Shown in pieces: positions 44,071 through 53,431 of a DNA stretch of 64,000 nt; positions within the stretch are counted from its first letter, which is position 1, and each line of letters begins with the position of its first letter. The DNA comes from an uncultured Collinsella sp. (GTDB lineage: Bacteria; Spirochaetota; Spirochaetia; Treponematales; Treponemataceae): positions 1,702 through 65,701 of the forward strand of contig CAVEBK010000003.1 in assembly GCA_963613915.1 (NCBI GenBank). The letters are read 5' to 3'. The notes beneath the pieces were generated by a model. That model was not told the DNA's origin, made no database searches, and worked only from the letters and a program-made list of their open reading frames with translations. The position numbers and the translations under genes are program-made.

Positions 44071-44135
44071 AAATATTCTCTCGTCGAGCCACTGCCAGCA
44101 AGCCGCACGCGACAGGATGTCGCATCGTTTGATAA
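44071..44135 (+). repeat. MITE-like element, truncated copy A5 (left arm only) fused to a gcgac-aggat-gtcgc hairpin
   Basis: aaatattctctcgtcgagccactgccagcaagccgcac followed by gcgacaggatgtcgc. Confidence 0.6.
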
Positions 44136-44282
44136 AAGATTTTTAAAGTGGTAAACTTTTTAGCGTTTTATCACAAAAAGGCTGTACGACACGGTTCTAA
44201 CGACTGCAGATTTTACAGGCAGGTCACTTATTCAACCGTGCACAATTATCACCAGCCCAATATTTTTTTTCTGGAGTTTACT

Positions 44283-45212
44283 ATGAAACCAACCTTACTT
44301 GTACTTGCAGCAGGAATGGGAAGCCGCTACGGCGGAATTAAACAGATTGATACAGTAGGAAAAAACGGCGAATGTCTTTTAGACTACGCAGCTTACGATG
44401 CAAAAAAATGCGGTTTTGGAAAAGTAGTTTACATAATCCGCAAGGACATTGAAAAAGACTTCCGCGAACGTCTCTTTGACAGAATCGCAAAAAACATGGA
44501 CGCAGAATACGTTTTCCAGTCGCCGGAAATGCTTTTAACTTCTGAAGAATACGCAAAAGCACAGAAAGCAGACCGCAAAAAACCATGGGGAACTTTACAC
44601 GCAGTCCTCTGCGCAAAACAGGCTTTAAGCACACCGTACGCAGTAATCAACGCAGATGACTATTACGGCCGTTCTGCATTCGAAACACTCGGCAGCTACC
44701 TTTCTTCAGTCAGCAACGACAGCACAGAACACGCAATGGTAGGCTACATCTTAGGAAAAACAATGAGCCGCAACGGTTCAGTAAGCCGCGGAATCTGCCA
44801 GACAAAAGACGGTTACCTTGAATCAATCACAGAAAACACAAAAATCTACTACACCGGAGAAAATTTCAGCGGAGACAAAATTGAATCTGACCTCAACGGC
44901 AAAGTTTATTCACTTACCGGAAACGAAACTGTAAGCATGAACTTATTCGGCTTTACACCGGCAGCTTTTGACGAATTTGAAAGTTACTGGGACTCTTTCA
45001 GAAAAGAAAACCTCGAAAGTCCAAAAGCAGAAGCACTTCTTCCAGTGGCAGCAAGCCAGATTATCAAAGACAGCAAAGGCAAAATCAGGGTATTTACATC
45101 AGAAGAAAGCTGGTTCGGCATGACTTATGCCCAGGACAAACAGGTTGTAAAAGATGCAATTGCAGACAAGATTGCAACTGGATACTATCCTGAAAAACTC
45201 TGGGAAAACTAA
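44283..45212 (+). CDS. sugar-phosphate nucleotidyltransferase
   Basis: N-terminal LAAGMGSRYGGIKQ motif. ATG 44283 preceded by GGAG. Confidence 0.8.
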   Translation: MKPTLLVLAAGMGSRYGGIKQIDTVGKNGECLLDYAAYDAKKCGFGKVVYIIRKDIEKDFRERLFDRIAKNMDAEYVFQSPEMLLTSEEYAKAQKADRKKPWGTLHAVLCAKQALSTPYAVINADDYYGRSAFETLGSYLSSVSNDSTEHAMVGYILGKTMSRNGSVSRGICQTKDGYLESITENTKIYYTGENFSGDKIESDLNGKVYSLTGNETVSMNLFGFTPAAFDEFESYWDSFRKENLESPKAEALLPVAASQIIKDSKGKIRVFTSEESWFGMTYAQDKQVVKDAIADKIATGYYPEKLWEN

Positions 45213-46058
45213 TTGAAACTCTTAACTCCAATCCGCTCACAAAAAGTCTGGGGGTATGAAGACTGGATTGCTTCTACCCACAAAGACGGTTCTCAAAAAG
45301 AATTTGCCGATCTCGTAAAAGATTATCCTCTTCTCGTAAAGATCATTCAGGCGAACGACACCCTTTCTGTGCAGGTTCACCCGGATGATAAAACAGCAGT
45401 TGAATTAGAAGGAAGCAGCGCAAGGGGCAAAACAGAGTGCTGGTTTGTCCTGGAGGCTGCTCCGGGCGCAAAACTGATTTCAGGCTTAAAAAAAGAATAT
45501 TCAACAGACGAACTTGAAAAAGCAATAAAAGAAAACACCCTGCAGAATCTTCTCAACAGCGTAGAAGTAAAAAAAGGTGACTTTATCTTTATTCCTTCCG
45601 GAACAGTCCACGCGATTGGCGGAGGATTAAGGCTTTTAGAAGTTCAGCAGAGCTGCAACATTACATACCGTCTCTACGACTGGGGACGTCCGCGCGAGCT
45701 TCACATAGAAAAAGGCTTAAAATCAATAAAATACGAAAAATACACAAAAGCAAAGGCAGACGGACAGGAGTTTGACGCTTCTAAAGTTCAGGTTCTGCCG
45801 TCGGTTTTTAACTGTCCGTATTTTGAACTTGTAAAAAAAGAATTTTCAGGCGGATATTCATACCTCTGCCCTGCTTCTTCAAACTATGAGCTTTTGTTCT
45901 GCGTAAATGCACAAAACTTAAAAGCATCTTCAACAATGAGCGACGGACAGAAAACAAAAACAGAAAAAATTCTTTCCGAACAGATTTTCGTCATAAGCCC
46001 GGGCGAAAAAGTTACTCTGGAAGGCAAAGGTGAAGTAATAAGAATAAAGGCCAGATAA
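45213..46058 (+). CDS. manA: class I mannose-6-phosphate isomerase (cupin)
   Basis: VQVHPDD, ECWFVL, GTVHAIG. TTG start abutting the upstream stop codon. Confidence 0.8.
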   Translation: MKLLTPIRSQKVWGYEDWIASTHKDGSQKEFADLVKDYPLLVKIIQANDTLSVQVHPDDKTAVELEGSSARGKTECWFVLEAAPGAKLISGLKKEYSTDELEKAIKENTLQNLLNSVEVKKGDFIFIPSGTVHAIGGGLRLLEVQQSCNITYRLYDWGRPRELHIEKGLKSIKYEKYTKAKADGQEFDASKVQVLPSVFNCPYFELVKKEFSGGYSYLCPASSNYELLFCVNAQNLKASSTMSDGQKTKTEKILSEQIFVISPGEKVTLEGKGEVIRIKAR

Positions 46059-46128
46059 ACAGGACCAGCAGGTCATGCTGAATTCAGTTCAGCATCTCTT
46101 TTACAGTAAGATTCTTTCCAGCCACTTC

Positions 46129-46839
46129 CTACTTATTCACCTGAACAATTGTTTCCAGCGCAATTTTCATCATATTGGTAAAGGTTGTCTGCCTTTCTTC
46201 TGCTGTAGTTTCGCCGCCTTTTAAAATGTGGTCACTTACAGTCATGATTGCCATTGCATGGCGTTTATATTGAGCAGCGAGCGTAAAAAGTTCTGCACTC
46301 TCCATTTCAATTCCCTTTACGCCGTATTCCTTCCATTTTTTCCAGTTTGCATTAATGTCATAAAAAAAATCAGAAGAAACAACAGAACCAACGCTGTAGC
46401 GGATATTCATTCCTTCAGCAATTTTATCAGCAGTCTTTACAAGATTAAAATCTGCAGTCGGAGCAAAATGAAGGTTTCCAAAACGCTGATTCAGCAGACA
46501 CGAATCCGAACATGCCGAATTAACAAGAATCGTGTCGCGCAATTCCAAATCTTCCTGAATTGCACCGCAGGTTCCGACACGGATTGCATTTTCAACACCG
46601 TAATCCTTAAAAAGTTCCGTTACATAAATCGAAAGCGAAGGCTGTCCCATTCCAGTTCCCTGAACGCTTACCGGCACGCCCTTATAAGTTCCCGTAAAAC
46701 CGTACATTCCGCGGACTTCGTTATAAAGTTTTGCATTTTCAAGAAAATTTTCTGCAATAAATTTTGCACGAAGCGGGTCTCCAGGCAAAAGAATGTTTTT
46801 TGCAATTGCGCCTTCTGTGGCATTAATGTGTGTACTCAT
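46129..46839 (-). CDS. deoD: purine-nucleoside phosphorylase, DeoD type
   Basis: GMGQPSLSIYVTEL and EMESA motifs. ATG 46839 preceded by GGAGAAAAA. Confidence 0.9.
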   Translation of the reverse strand: MSTHINATEGAIAKNILLPGDPLRAKFIAENFLENAKLYNEVRGMYGFTGTYKGVPVSVQGTGMGQPSLSIYVTELFKDYGVENAIRVGTCGAIQEDLELRDTILVNSACSDSCLLNQRFGNLHFAPTADFNLVKTADKIAEGMNIRYSVGSVVSSDFFYDINANWKKWKEYGVKGIEMESAELFTLAAQYKRHAMAIMTVSDHILKGGETTAEERQTTFTNMMKIALETIVQVNK

Positions 46840-46865
46840 TTTTTCTCCGTAATCTTTATTTTTGG

Positions 46866-46990
46866 GGCACATCCTGCCCTTCCGGGCAGGACCGGGCTAT
46901 CCGGGGTTCCGCTGTCCGCTTCATTCTGCTGCCATTCTGTCAGCAGAACGCTTCGCGCCCCTGCTATCCCATTGTGCGTTTAGCACAAGG
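46866..46990 (+). repeat. GC-rich structured intergenic element, copy R10
   Basis: cctgccc-ttcc-gggcagg, accgggctatccggggttccgc, ttctgctg-ccattctgt-cagcagaa, cttcgcgcccctgctatccc. Confidence 0.75.
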
Positions 46991-46998
46991 TCGGACGT

Positions 46999-47628
46999 TT
47001 AGCAGAAAAAGGCTCCGTAAACGCCGCCTGCAAGAACTATAAAAACAGGATGCAGTTTTGTCGTAAACAGAACTGCCAGACAGATTAAATAAAAGGCTGC
47101 GTTAATTGCACTGATTGTAATTCCACCCTGCCAGGTTGTAATGTCAGCTGCAACAAAGCTGGAAGTAACTGTAATCAATGCAAGAATAATGATTTTTGCA
47201 GCTGCAACAGCAATTACTCCGGAAACAGCAGGACGCAGTGTAGAAAAAGCTGCCTGAACGCCTTTCTTTTCTGAAAATTTGCCAAAGTAGCGGGCAATTA
47301 AAATAATCGTAATCAGCGAAGGCAAAACCTGACCAATAGTCGTAATAAATCCGCCGAAAACTCCGTAAAGTTCAGTTCCAACATAGGTAGCAAGGTTTAT
47401 TCCGATCGGACCTGGAGTAGATTCAGAAATTGCGACCATGTTGTAAAACTTATCAAGGCTTAAAAGATGCAAGTTTTCAACAACAATCTGCTGAATAATC
47501 GTAATTCCAACCTGACCGCCGCCAATTGTAATAAGACCGATATAAAAGAAAACGGCAACAAGAATAAAAAGTCCAGGAACCGTCTGTCCCAGAATTTCGT
47601 TACTGATAAAATTATTCAAGGCTTCCAT
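46999..47628 (-). CDS. chromate transporter (CHR) family protein, short form, second of a pair
   Basis: Polytopic protein with a GGGQVGITII.. CHR motif. Its start overlaps the upstream partner's stop. Confidence 0.8.
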   Translation of the reverse strand: MEALNNFISNEILGQTVPGLFILVAVFFYIGLITIGGGQVGITIIQQIVVENLHLLSLDKFYNMVAISESTPGPIGINLATYVGTELYGVFGGFITTIGQVLPSLITIILIARYFGKFSEKKGVQAAFSTLRPAVSGVIAVAAAKIIILALITVTSSFVAADITTWQGGITISAINAAFYLICLAVLFTTKLHPVFIVLAGGVYGAFFC

Positions 47629-48230
47629 TATTTTGCCTCCCTGTCATCTTTTTTTGCATCGCCTTCACCGGCAGTCTTTTTAAAATCTCCACGGAATCCG
47701 GCAATAATAACACCGAGTGCGCAGCTTCCAAGAATAATCCAGATTGTTCCAACGTTTAATACAAAAATCAAAAGGAATGACAGAACAAGAAGAACAAATC
47801 CAAAAATATTTTTTACGGATTTTTTTGAAAATTTATAGACTGCACTTGTAAGGATTGCAGCAACAGCAACGTTAATTCCGCGCAAAGCACGCTGCACCCA
47901 CGGAATTTCTGCAAAATTGTTAATAAAGAGAGCGATTATCGTAATAATAATCAGCGAAGGCAAAACCATTCCAAAGGTAGAAACACAGGCACCAATAACA
48001 CCTAGTTTTTTGTAACCTGTAAAAGTTGCAACATTTACGGCAATAATTCCCGGTGTAGACTGACCGATTGCAAACCAGTCCAGAAGTTCTTCGCTTGTTG
48101 TCCAGTTACGTTTTTCTACAAGCTCAAGTTCAAGAATCGGAAGCATTGCAATTCCACCACCAAAGGTGCACAGTCCAACCTTAAACATTACAGAAAACAA
48201 CTCCCACAGAATTTTTAGTTTTTCTTTCAT
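47628..48230 (-). CDS. chromate transporter (CHR) family protein, short form, first of a pair
   Basis: FGGGIAMLPILE.. CHR motif. Start taken as ATG 48230. Confidence 0.8.
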   Translation of the reverse strand: MKEKLKILWELFSVMFKVGLCTFGGGIAMLPILELELVEKRNWTTSEELLDWFAIGQSTPGIIAVNVATFTGYKKLGVIGACVSTFGMVLPSLIIITIIALFINNFAEIPWVQRALRGINVAVAAILTSAVYKFSKKSVKNIFGFVLLVLSFLLIFVLNVGTIWIILGSCALGVIIAGFRGDFKKTAGEGDAKKDDREAK

Positions 48231-48310
48231 TTTTTTTCTATCCCCGCCTTGACGGCTCAAGTTTTTGAATTATGATTGGTATAATATCAATTCTTGGAGA
48301 AATGTTGAAT

Positions 48311-48535
48311 ATGGCTAAAAAAGGAAAAACTAAGGATTACTTCGGACTACCATGGCTCGTAAGCGTTATTCTTGCGCTGTTTCTCGGCCCGATCATGGGA
48401 ATTCTGACAAGATTTTCAGAAGGAAAAATCGTCGCAGGAATTTTAAGGCTTTTCTTCGGCTGGAACTTAGTCTGGCTAATCGACTTTATTCTGGTACTGT
48501 TCGGAAAACCAATCCTCAGAATCATAAACTGCTAG
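48311..48535 (+). CDS. small membrane protein (about 74 aa, two predicted TM segments)
   Basis: MAKKGKTKDYFGLPWLVSVILALFLGP... No family assigned. Confidence 0.5.
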   Translation: MAKKGKTKDYFGLPWLVSVILALFLGPIMGILTRFSEGKIVAGILRLFFGWNLVWLIDFILVLFGKPILRIINC

Positions 48536-48590
48536 AATAAAATCCGACATTAAAAAAAAGCACCGGGGGTGTAAAACCCGGTGCTTTTTT

Positions 48591-50165
48591 TTATCTTGCG
48601 TAAAGGCAGTTCAACTCTTTAAGCCATGCGCATTTTTCTTTTGCGATTTCCCCGTAAAGCATGTCGCTTCTCATCCTCCATGCCCAGTTTGCACAGGCAG
48701 AGCCCGGCGTATTCATTCTGCAGTCTGAACCAAATCCGTATAAATCCTGCATCGGAACAATTGCAAAAGATGCAGTGCTTTTAAAGCAAAGTGCAACTAA
48801 TTTTCTGCACAAACTTCCATTTGAACGCATTTCGTTTGCTTCTCCAAAGCCTACTCTTCTTCCTTCAATATAAGAAGCTACAAGGCAGAGAGTTTCTTCG
48901 TTCATAGCATTAAGAGAACCCTGGGTTGTGTCGTTGTCGTGAGTTCCCGTATAGGCTGCGCAGTTTGTGTCCTCAAAATTATGAGGCAGAAAGACATTTA
49001 CAAGTGCACCTTTTTTTTCTTCCGCACAGTCAAAACCAAACTGTAAAATCTTCATTCCAGGAAGCCCGGTTTTATTTTTTAACGTAAGCACAGACGAAGA
49101 AAGTTCACCCAGATCTTCTGCAATTAAAGGAAGATCTCCAAGTTCATTTTTTACGGCTTTAAAGAAAGCAAAGCCCGGACCTTTAAGCCACTTTCCTTTT
49201 TCTGCAGTGAGTGAACCGTTTTTTACAGCCCAGTAAGTGTCAAATCCCCTGAAATGGTCAAGACGGATATAGTCAACAAGTTTTAAAGTCTGCTTAATCC
49301 GCAAAATCCACCAGCTGTAATTGTCCTGGGCAAGGGCTTTCCAGTCGTAAAGAGGATTTCCCCAGAGCTGACCCGTAGGACTAAAATAATCCGGCGGAAC
49401 ACCGGCAACAACGAGCGGCACGCCTTCCTTATCCAGCTGAAAATATTTTTGATTTGCCCAGACATCTGCGCTGTCGCCGCTTACAAAAATCGGAATATCC
49501 CCGATAATTTCCACATTTTTGGACTTTGCATATTCGTGCAGGTTCTTCCACTGATAAAAAGCAAAAAACTGAATTACTTTTATCGAAAGAATTTCATCTG
49601 AATGTTCTTTTTTCCACTGCAAAAGTGCTTTTTCGCTGCGTTTTTTTAATTCTTCAGGCCAGGCAATATTCCACATTCCTTCCTTATCGTAAAAAGATTT
49701 TATGCTCATAAAAAGAGCATAATCTTCGAGCCAGAAATCATTTTCAGCGCAGAATTCCTTAAAACTCTTTTTTAAACCTGAATCCGCATTTTTGTACGCC
49801 TTAACAGAAACTGTTTTTAGTGCTGCACTTTTCCAGTAAACGACGCTTCCAAAATCAACATTGCCTTCTGTTTTTATGTATTCTGGAGGAATAATATCCT
49901 CTTCTTCTGCCCATCCTTCTGCTAAAAGCTCATTAAAATCAATTAAAAGAGGATTAAGGGCAAAGGCAGAAAAAGGCTGATATGGAGAATCTCCGTATCC
50001 TGTAGGCCCAAGAGGCAGAACCTGCCACAGTTTTATTCCTGACAGAGAAAGATAGTCGATAAAGTCAAAGGCAACTTTACCAAGAGTTCCGATTCCTGCT
50101 GCAGAAGGCAGAGATGTCGGATGAAGTAATATTCCGGATTTTCTTTTTAGATTCATAAAACTCAC
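48591..50165 (-). CDS. malQ: 4-alpha-glucanotransferase (amylomaltase, GH77)
   Basis: GILLHPTSLP, DSPYQ, RLDHFRGF, IAEDLG motifs. Confidence 0.95.
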   Translation of the reverse strand: MSFMNLKRKSGILLHPTSLPSAAGIGTLGKVAFDFIDYLSLSGIKLWQVLPLGPTGYGDSPYQPFSAFALNPLLIDFNELLAEGWAEEEDIIPPEYIKTEGNVDFGSVVYWKSAALKTVSVKAYKNADSGLKKSFKEFCAENDFWLEDYALFMSIKSFYDKEGMWNIAWPEELKKRSEKALLQWKKEHSDEILSIKVIQFFAFYQWKNLHEYAKSKNVEIIGDIPIFVSGDSADVWANQKYFQLDKEGVPLVVAGVPPDYFSPTGQLWGNPLYDWKALAQDNYSWWILRIKQTLKLVDYIRLDHFRGFDTYWAVKNGSLTAEKGKWLKGPGFAFFKAVKNELGDLPLIAEDLGELSSSVLTLKNKTGLPGMKILQFGFDCAEEKKGALVNVFLPHNFEDTNCAAYTGTHDNDTTQGSLNAMNEETLCLVASYIEGRRVGFGEANEMRSNGSLCRKLVALCFKSTASFAIVPMQDLYGFGSDCRMNTPGSACANWAWRMRSDMLYGEIAKEKCAWLKELNCLYAR

Positions 50166-51109
50166 CTTTCCTTTTTAAGCTGAACTAACTGACTTAAAAT
50201 AATCGCTGCAAACATGATTGCGCAGCCTGCAATTTCGCGTCCGGAAAGAACTTTCCCGCCAAAGCCAAACCATGCAGAACAGGCAGCTTCGCACAAAACT
50301 GCAAAAACACTTTCCATGCACATCAAAAGAGAAGCAATTGTTTCTTCACAGAATTTCTGTCCGATAACCTGCAAAGTATAGGCAACTCCGCAGCTTAAAA
50401 TTCCAGAATACAGAATCGGAAGTTTAGCTTCAAAAATTGAATTCATGGAAGGTTTTTCAAAAATGAACATCATTACAAGGCTCAAAATTCCGCAGACAAA
50501 AAACTGAACGCAGCTCAATTTTATTCCATCAACGTCGGGAGCAAAGCGTGCAATCAGAAGAATGTGAACAGCAAAGAAAAACGCACAGCAGAAAGCAAGA
50601 ATGTTTCCAAAGGTGATTGAACCAAAACCGCGGCTGTCAATGCACAGAAAATAAAGTCCGGCAAAACCAAGCAGAACGCAGATCCATGTTAAGGCAGGAA
50701 CTTTCTTTTTAAGAAAAAGTCCGAGCAAAGGCACGATAAACATATACATTGCAGTAATAAATGCAATTTTACCGGCAGAGTGTTCAGGTTCTTCAAAAGC
50801 AAACTGCTGAAAGTTTGAAGCAACGCACAGGGCACAGCCCATTAAAATTCCATATTTTAGAATCTTTCTGTCATCTTTTTTGCGCTGTTCAATCTGTTCA
50901 CGCGAAAGAGAAGCTGAACCGGCCTTATCTCTTATAAGAATTACGGGAATAAGGGAAAGCGAGCCGATTAACATTCTTACGGCATTAAAAGTAAAAGGTT
51001 TTACAAAACCAATGCTTTCACTCTGAGCAATAAAAGAACTTCCCCAGATTAACGCAGTAAGCAAAAGAAGAAGAACACCAGTAAACGAAGTTTTTGTTTT
51101 TCCAGACAT
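50162..51109 (-). CDS. DMT superfamily (EamA) transporter
   Basis: Ten TM segments in a duplicated EamA pattern. Confidence 0.8.
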   Translation of the reverse strand: MSGKTKTSFTGVLLLLLTALIWGSSFIAQSESIGFVKPFTFNAVRMLIGSLSLIPVILIRDKAGSASLSREQIEQRKKDDRKILKYGILMGCALCVASNFQQFAFEEPEHSAGKIAFITAMYMFIVPLLGLFLKKKVPALTWICVLLGFAGLYFLCIDSRGFGSITFGNILAFCCAFFFAVHILLIARFAPDVDGIKLSCVQFFVCGILSLVMMFIFEKPSMNSIFEAKLPILYSGILSCGVAYTLQVIGQKFCEETIASLLMCMESVFAVLCEAACSAWFGFGGKVLSGREIAGCAIMFAAIILSQLVQLKKER

Positions 51110-51252
51110 TTTTTTTCACCAATTTTTTTTTAACGATGCCCACAATTATAAAAAGGTGAATAGTCTGCTACAAGTGCAGACAAAGGACATTCTGCTTCCG
51201 GCAAAAGCCACCTATTTTCTAAATCAAGGTTTTTATATATAATCTTGCCACT

Positions 51253-51993
51253 ATGGACAATTTATTACAGATTAACGATTTATCAGTAAATATAGACAGT
51301 AAAAAGGTTTTAAATGGAATTGATTTAACGGTCAATGCAGGCGAAACCCACGTTCTTATGGGACCAAACGGAGCCGGAAAATCAACACTCGGCTACACAA
51401 TCATGGGAAATCCCCGCTACAGCGTTTGCGGCGGAAAAATCATTTTTAACGGAGAAGACATTACAAATCTTTCTCCAGACAAAAGGGCTGCAAAAGGGCT
51501 TTTTTTAAGTTTTCAGTCCCCGCTCGAAGTTCCTGGAATTTCGCTTGAAAGCTTTATCAGAAACGCACTGCAGGCAACGACAGGTCAGCGTGTAAAACTC
51601 TTTCAGTTCCAGAAAGAATTAAAAGAAAAAATGGCACTTTTAAACATGGACGAAAGCTACGCAAAGCGCGACTTAAACGTAGGTTTTTCTGGCGGAGAAC
51701 GCAAAAAGAGCGAAATCTTACAGCTTTTAATGCTTAAGCCAAAACTTGCAATCCTTGACGAAACAGATTCGGGGCTCGACGTAGACGCAGTACGCACGGT
51801 TTCCAAAGGAATTGAAGAATATCAGAAGTCAGTAAACGGCGCACTTTTAATCATTACACATTCAGCAAAAATTCTCGAAAGCCTGAAAATCGATAAAACC
51901 CACGTTCTCGTAAAAGGAAAAATCGTAAAAGACAGTGGGCCTGAACTTGTTCAGGAAATCAGCGAAAAAGGTTTTGAACAGTTCGAAAAATAA
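51253..51993 (+). CDS. sufC: Fe-S cluster assembly ATPase SufC
   Basis: GPNGAGKST, FSGGERKK, LDETDSGLD. Confidence 0.95.
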   Translation: MDNLLQINDLSVNIDSKKVLNGIDLTVNAGETHVLMGPNGAGKSTLGYTIMGNPRYSVCGGKIIFNGEDITNLSPDKRAAKGLFLSFQSPLEVPGISLESFIRNALQATTGQRVKLFQFQKELKEKMALLNMDESYAKRDLNVGFSGGERKKSEILQLLMLKPKLAILDETDSGLDVDAVRTVSKGIEEYQKSVNGALLIITHSAKILESLKIDKTHVLVKGKIVKDSGPELVQEISEKGFEQFEK

Positions 51994-52020
51994 CGTTCAC
52001 CCTTTTTAAGGAAAGCAAAA

Positions 52021-53421
52021 ATGTCACAGCAAAACACAACAGACCTTTCTTCTTCTCCTTACGATTTTAAATACGAAGAAAAAGGTTTTTACCGCAATAA
52101 ACAGGGACTTACAAAAGAAATTGTCGAAAAACTTTCACAGGACAAAGATGACCCTGACTGGATGAAGGAATTCCGCCTGAAAGCCCTCGAAACTTACAAC
52201 GAACTCAAAGTTCCTGAATGGGGACCTGACATTTCAGGCCTTAACATTGACGAAATTGCAACATATGTTCGCCCGAACACAAAAATGCAGACAAAGTGGG
52301 AAGACGTTCCTGCTGACATAAAGGAAACTTTCGAAAAACTCGGAATTCCGGAAGCAGAACGAACTTCTCTTGCAGGCGTCGGCGCACAGTACGATTCAGA
52401 ACTCGTTTACCACAACTTACAGGACGAAGTAGCAAAACTCGGCGTAATCTACACGGATTTTGAAAGTTCTCTCAAAGGTCCTTATGCAAACATGGTAAAA
52501 GAGCATTTTATGCAGCTCGTAAAACCATCTGATCACAAATTTGCAGCCCTGCACGGAGCAGTCTGGTCCGGCGGAAGTTTTGTCTACGTTCCAAAAGGCG
52601 TAAAAGTAGAAGTTCCGCTTCAAAGTTATTTCAGACTGAATGCAAAAGGCGCAGGTCAGTTTGAACACACACTCATAATCGTTGACGAAGGAGCAGACGT
52701 TCACTTTATAGAAGGCTGTTCCGCTCCAAAATACAATGTTGCAAACCTGCACGCAGGCTGTGTTGAACTCTACGTTAAAAAGAATGCACATCTGCGCTAT
52801 TCAACAGTAGAAAACTGGTCAAAAAACATGTACAACCTGAACACAAAGCGCGCACGTGTAGAAGAAGGCGGTTCAATTGAATGGATTTCAGGCTCTTTCG
52901 GAAGCCACATTTCATACCTTTACCCGGAAAGCGACCTTGCAGGCTACGGTGCCCGCGCAGAATTTACAGGCGTTACCTTTGCCGGCGAAGGCCAGGAACT
53001 CGACACCGGCGCAAAAATGGTTCACCTTGCTCCAAAAACAACTTCTTTAATTACTTCAAAATCGCTTTCAAAAGGCGGCGGCTCTTCAATTTACCGCAGC
53101 GCAGTTTACATTGGTCCGCAGGCTCAGGGCTCAAAGGCAAGTGTAAGCTGTGACGGTCTTATGCTCGACAACCAGAGTCGCTCAGACACAATTCCTGCAA
53201 TGGAACTTCATACAGACGACTGCGACGTAGGCCACGAAGCAAAAATCGGGCGTATTTCAAACGATGCGATTTTCTATCTCATGAGCCGCGGAATCAGCGA
53301 AGAAGAAGCACGGACAATGATTGTTTCAGGCTTTGCAAATCCGGTTTCAAAAGAACTTCCGCTTGAATACGCAGTAGAAATGAACAACCTTATCCGTCTG
53401 GAAATGAAAGGAAATATGTAA
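52021..53421 (+). CDS. sufB: Fe-S cluster assembly protein SufB
   Basis: 466 aa with the conserved SufB C-terminal region (..HEAKIGRISNDAIFYLMSRGISEEEA..). Confidence 0.95.
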   Translation: MSQQNTTDLSSSPYDFKYEEKGFYRNKQGLTKEIVEKLSQDKDDPDWMKEFRLKALETYNELKVPEWGPDISGLNIDEIATYVRPNTKMQTKWEDVPADIKETFEKLGIPEAERTSLAGVGAQYDSELVYHNLQDEVAKLGVIYTDFESSLKGPYANMVKEHFMQLVKPSDHKFAALHGAVWSGGSFVYVPKGVKVEVPLQSYFRLNAKGAGQFEHTLIIVDEGADVHFIEGCSAPKYNVANLHAGCVELYVKKNAHLRYSTVENWSKNMYNLNTKRARVEEGGSIEWISGSFGSHISYLYPESDLAGYGARAEFTGVTFAGEGQELDTGAKMVHLAPKTTSLITSKSLSKGGGSSIYRSAVYIGPQAQGSKASVSCDGLMLDNQSRSDTIPAMELHTDDCDVGHEAKIGRISNDAIFYLMSRGISEEEARTMIVSGFANPVSKELPLEYAVEMNNLIRLEMKGNM

Positions 53422-53431
53422 AGGAAACATT

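Noticed and set aside
46228-46983. A 251-aa plus-strand ORF.
   Set aside because: It is antisense to the well-supported deoD gene and runs into repeat R10. Its composition is low-complexity, with no RBS and no family resemblance.
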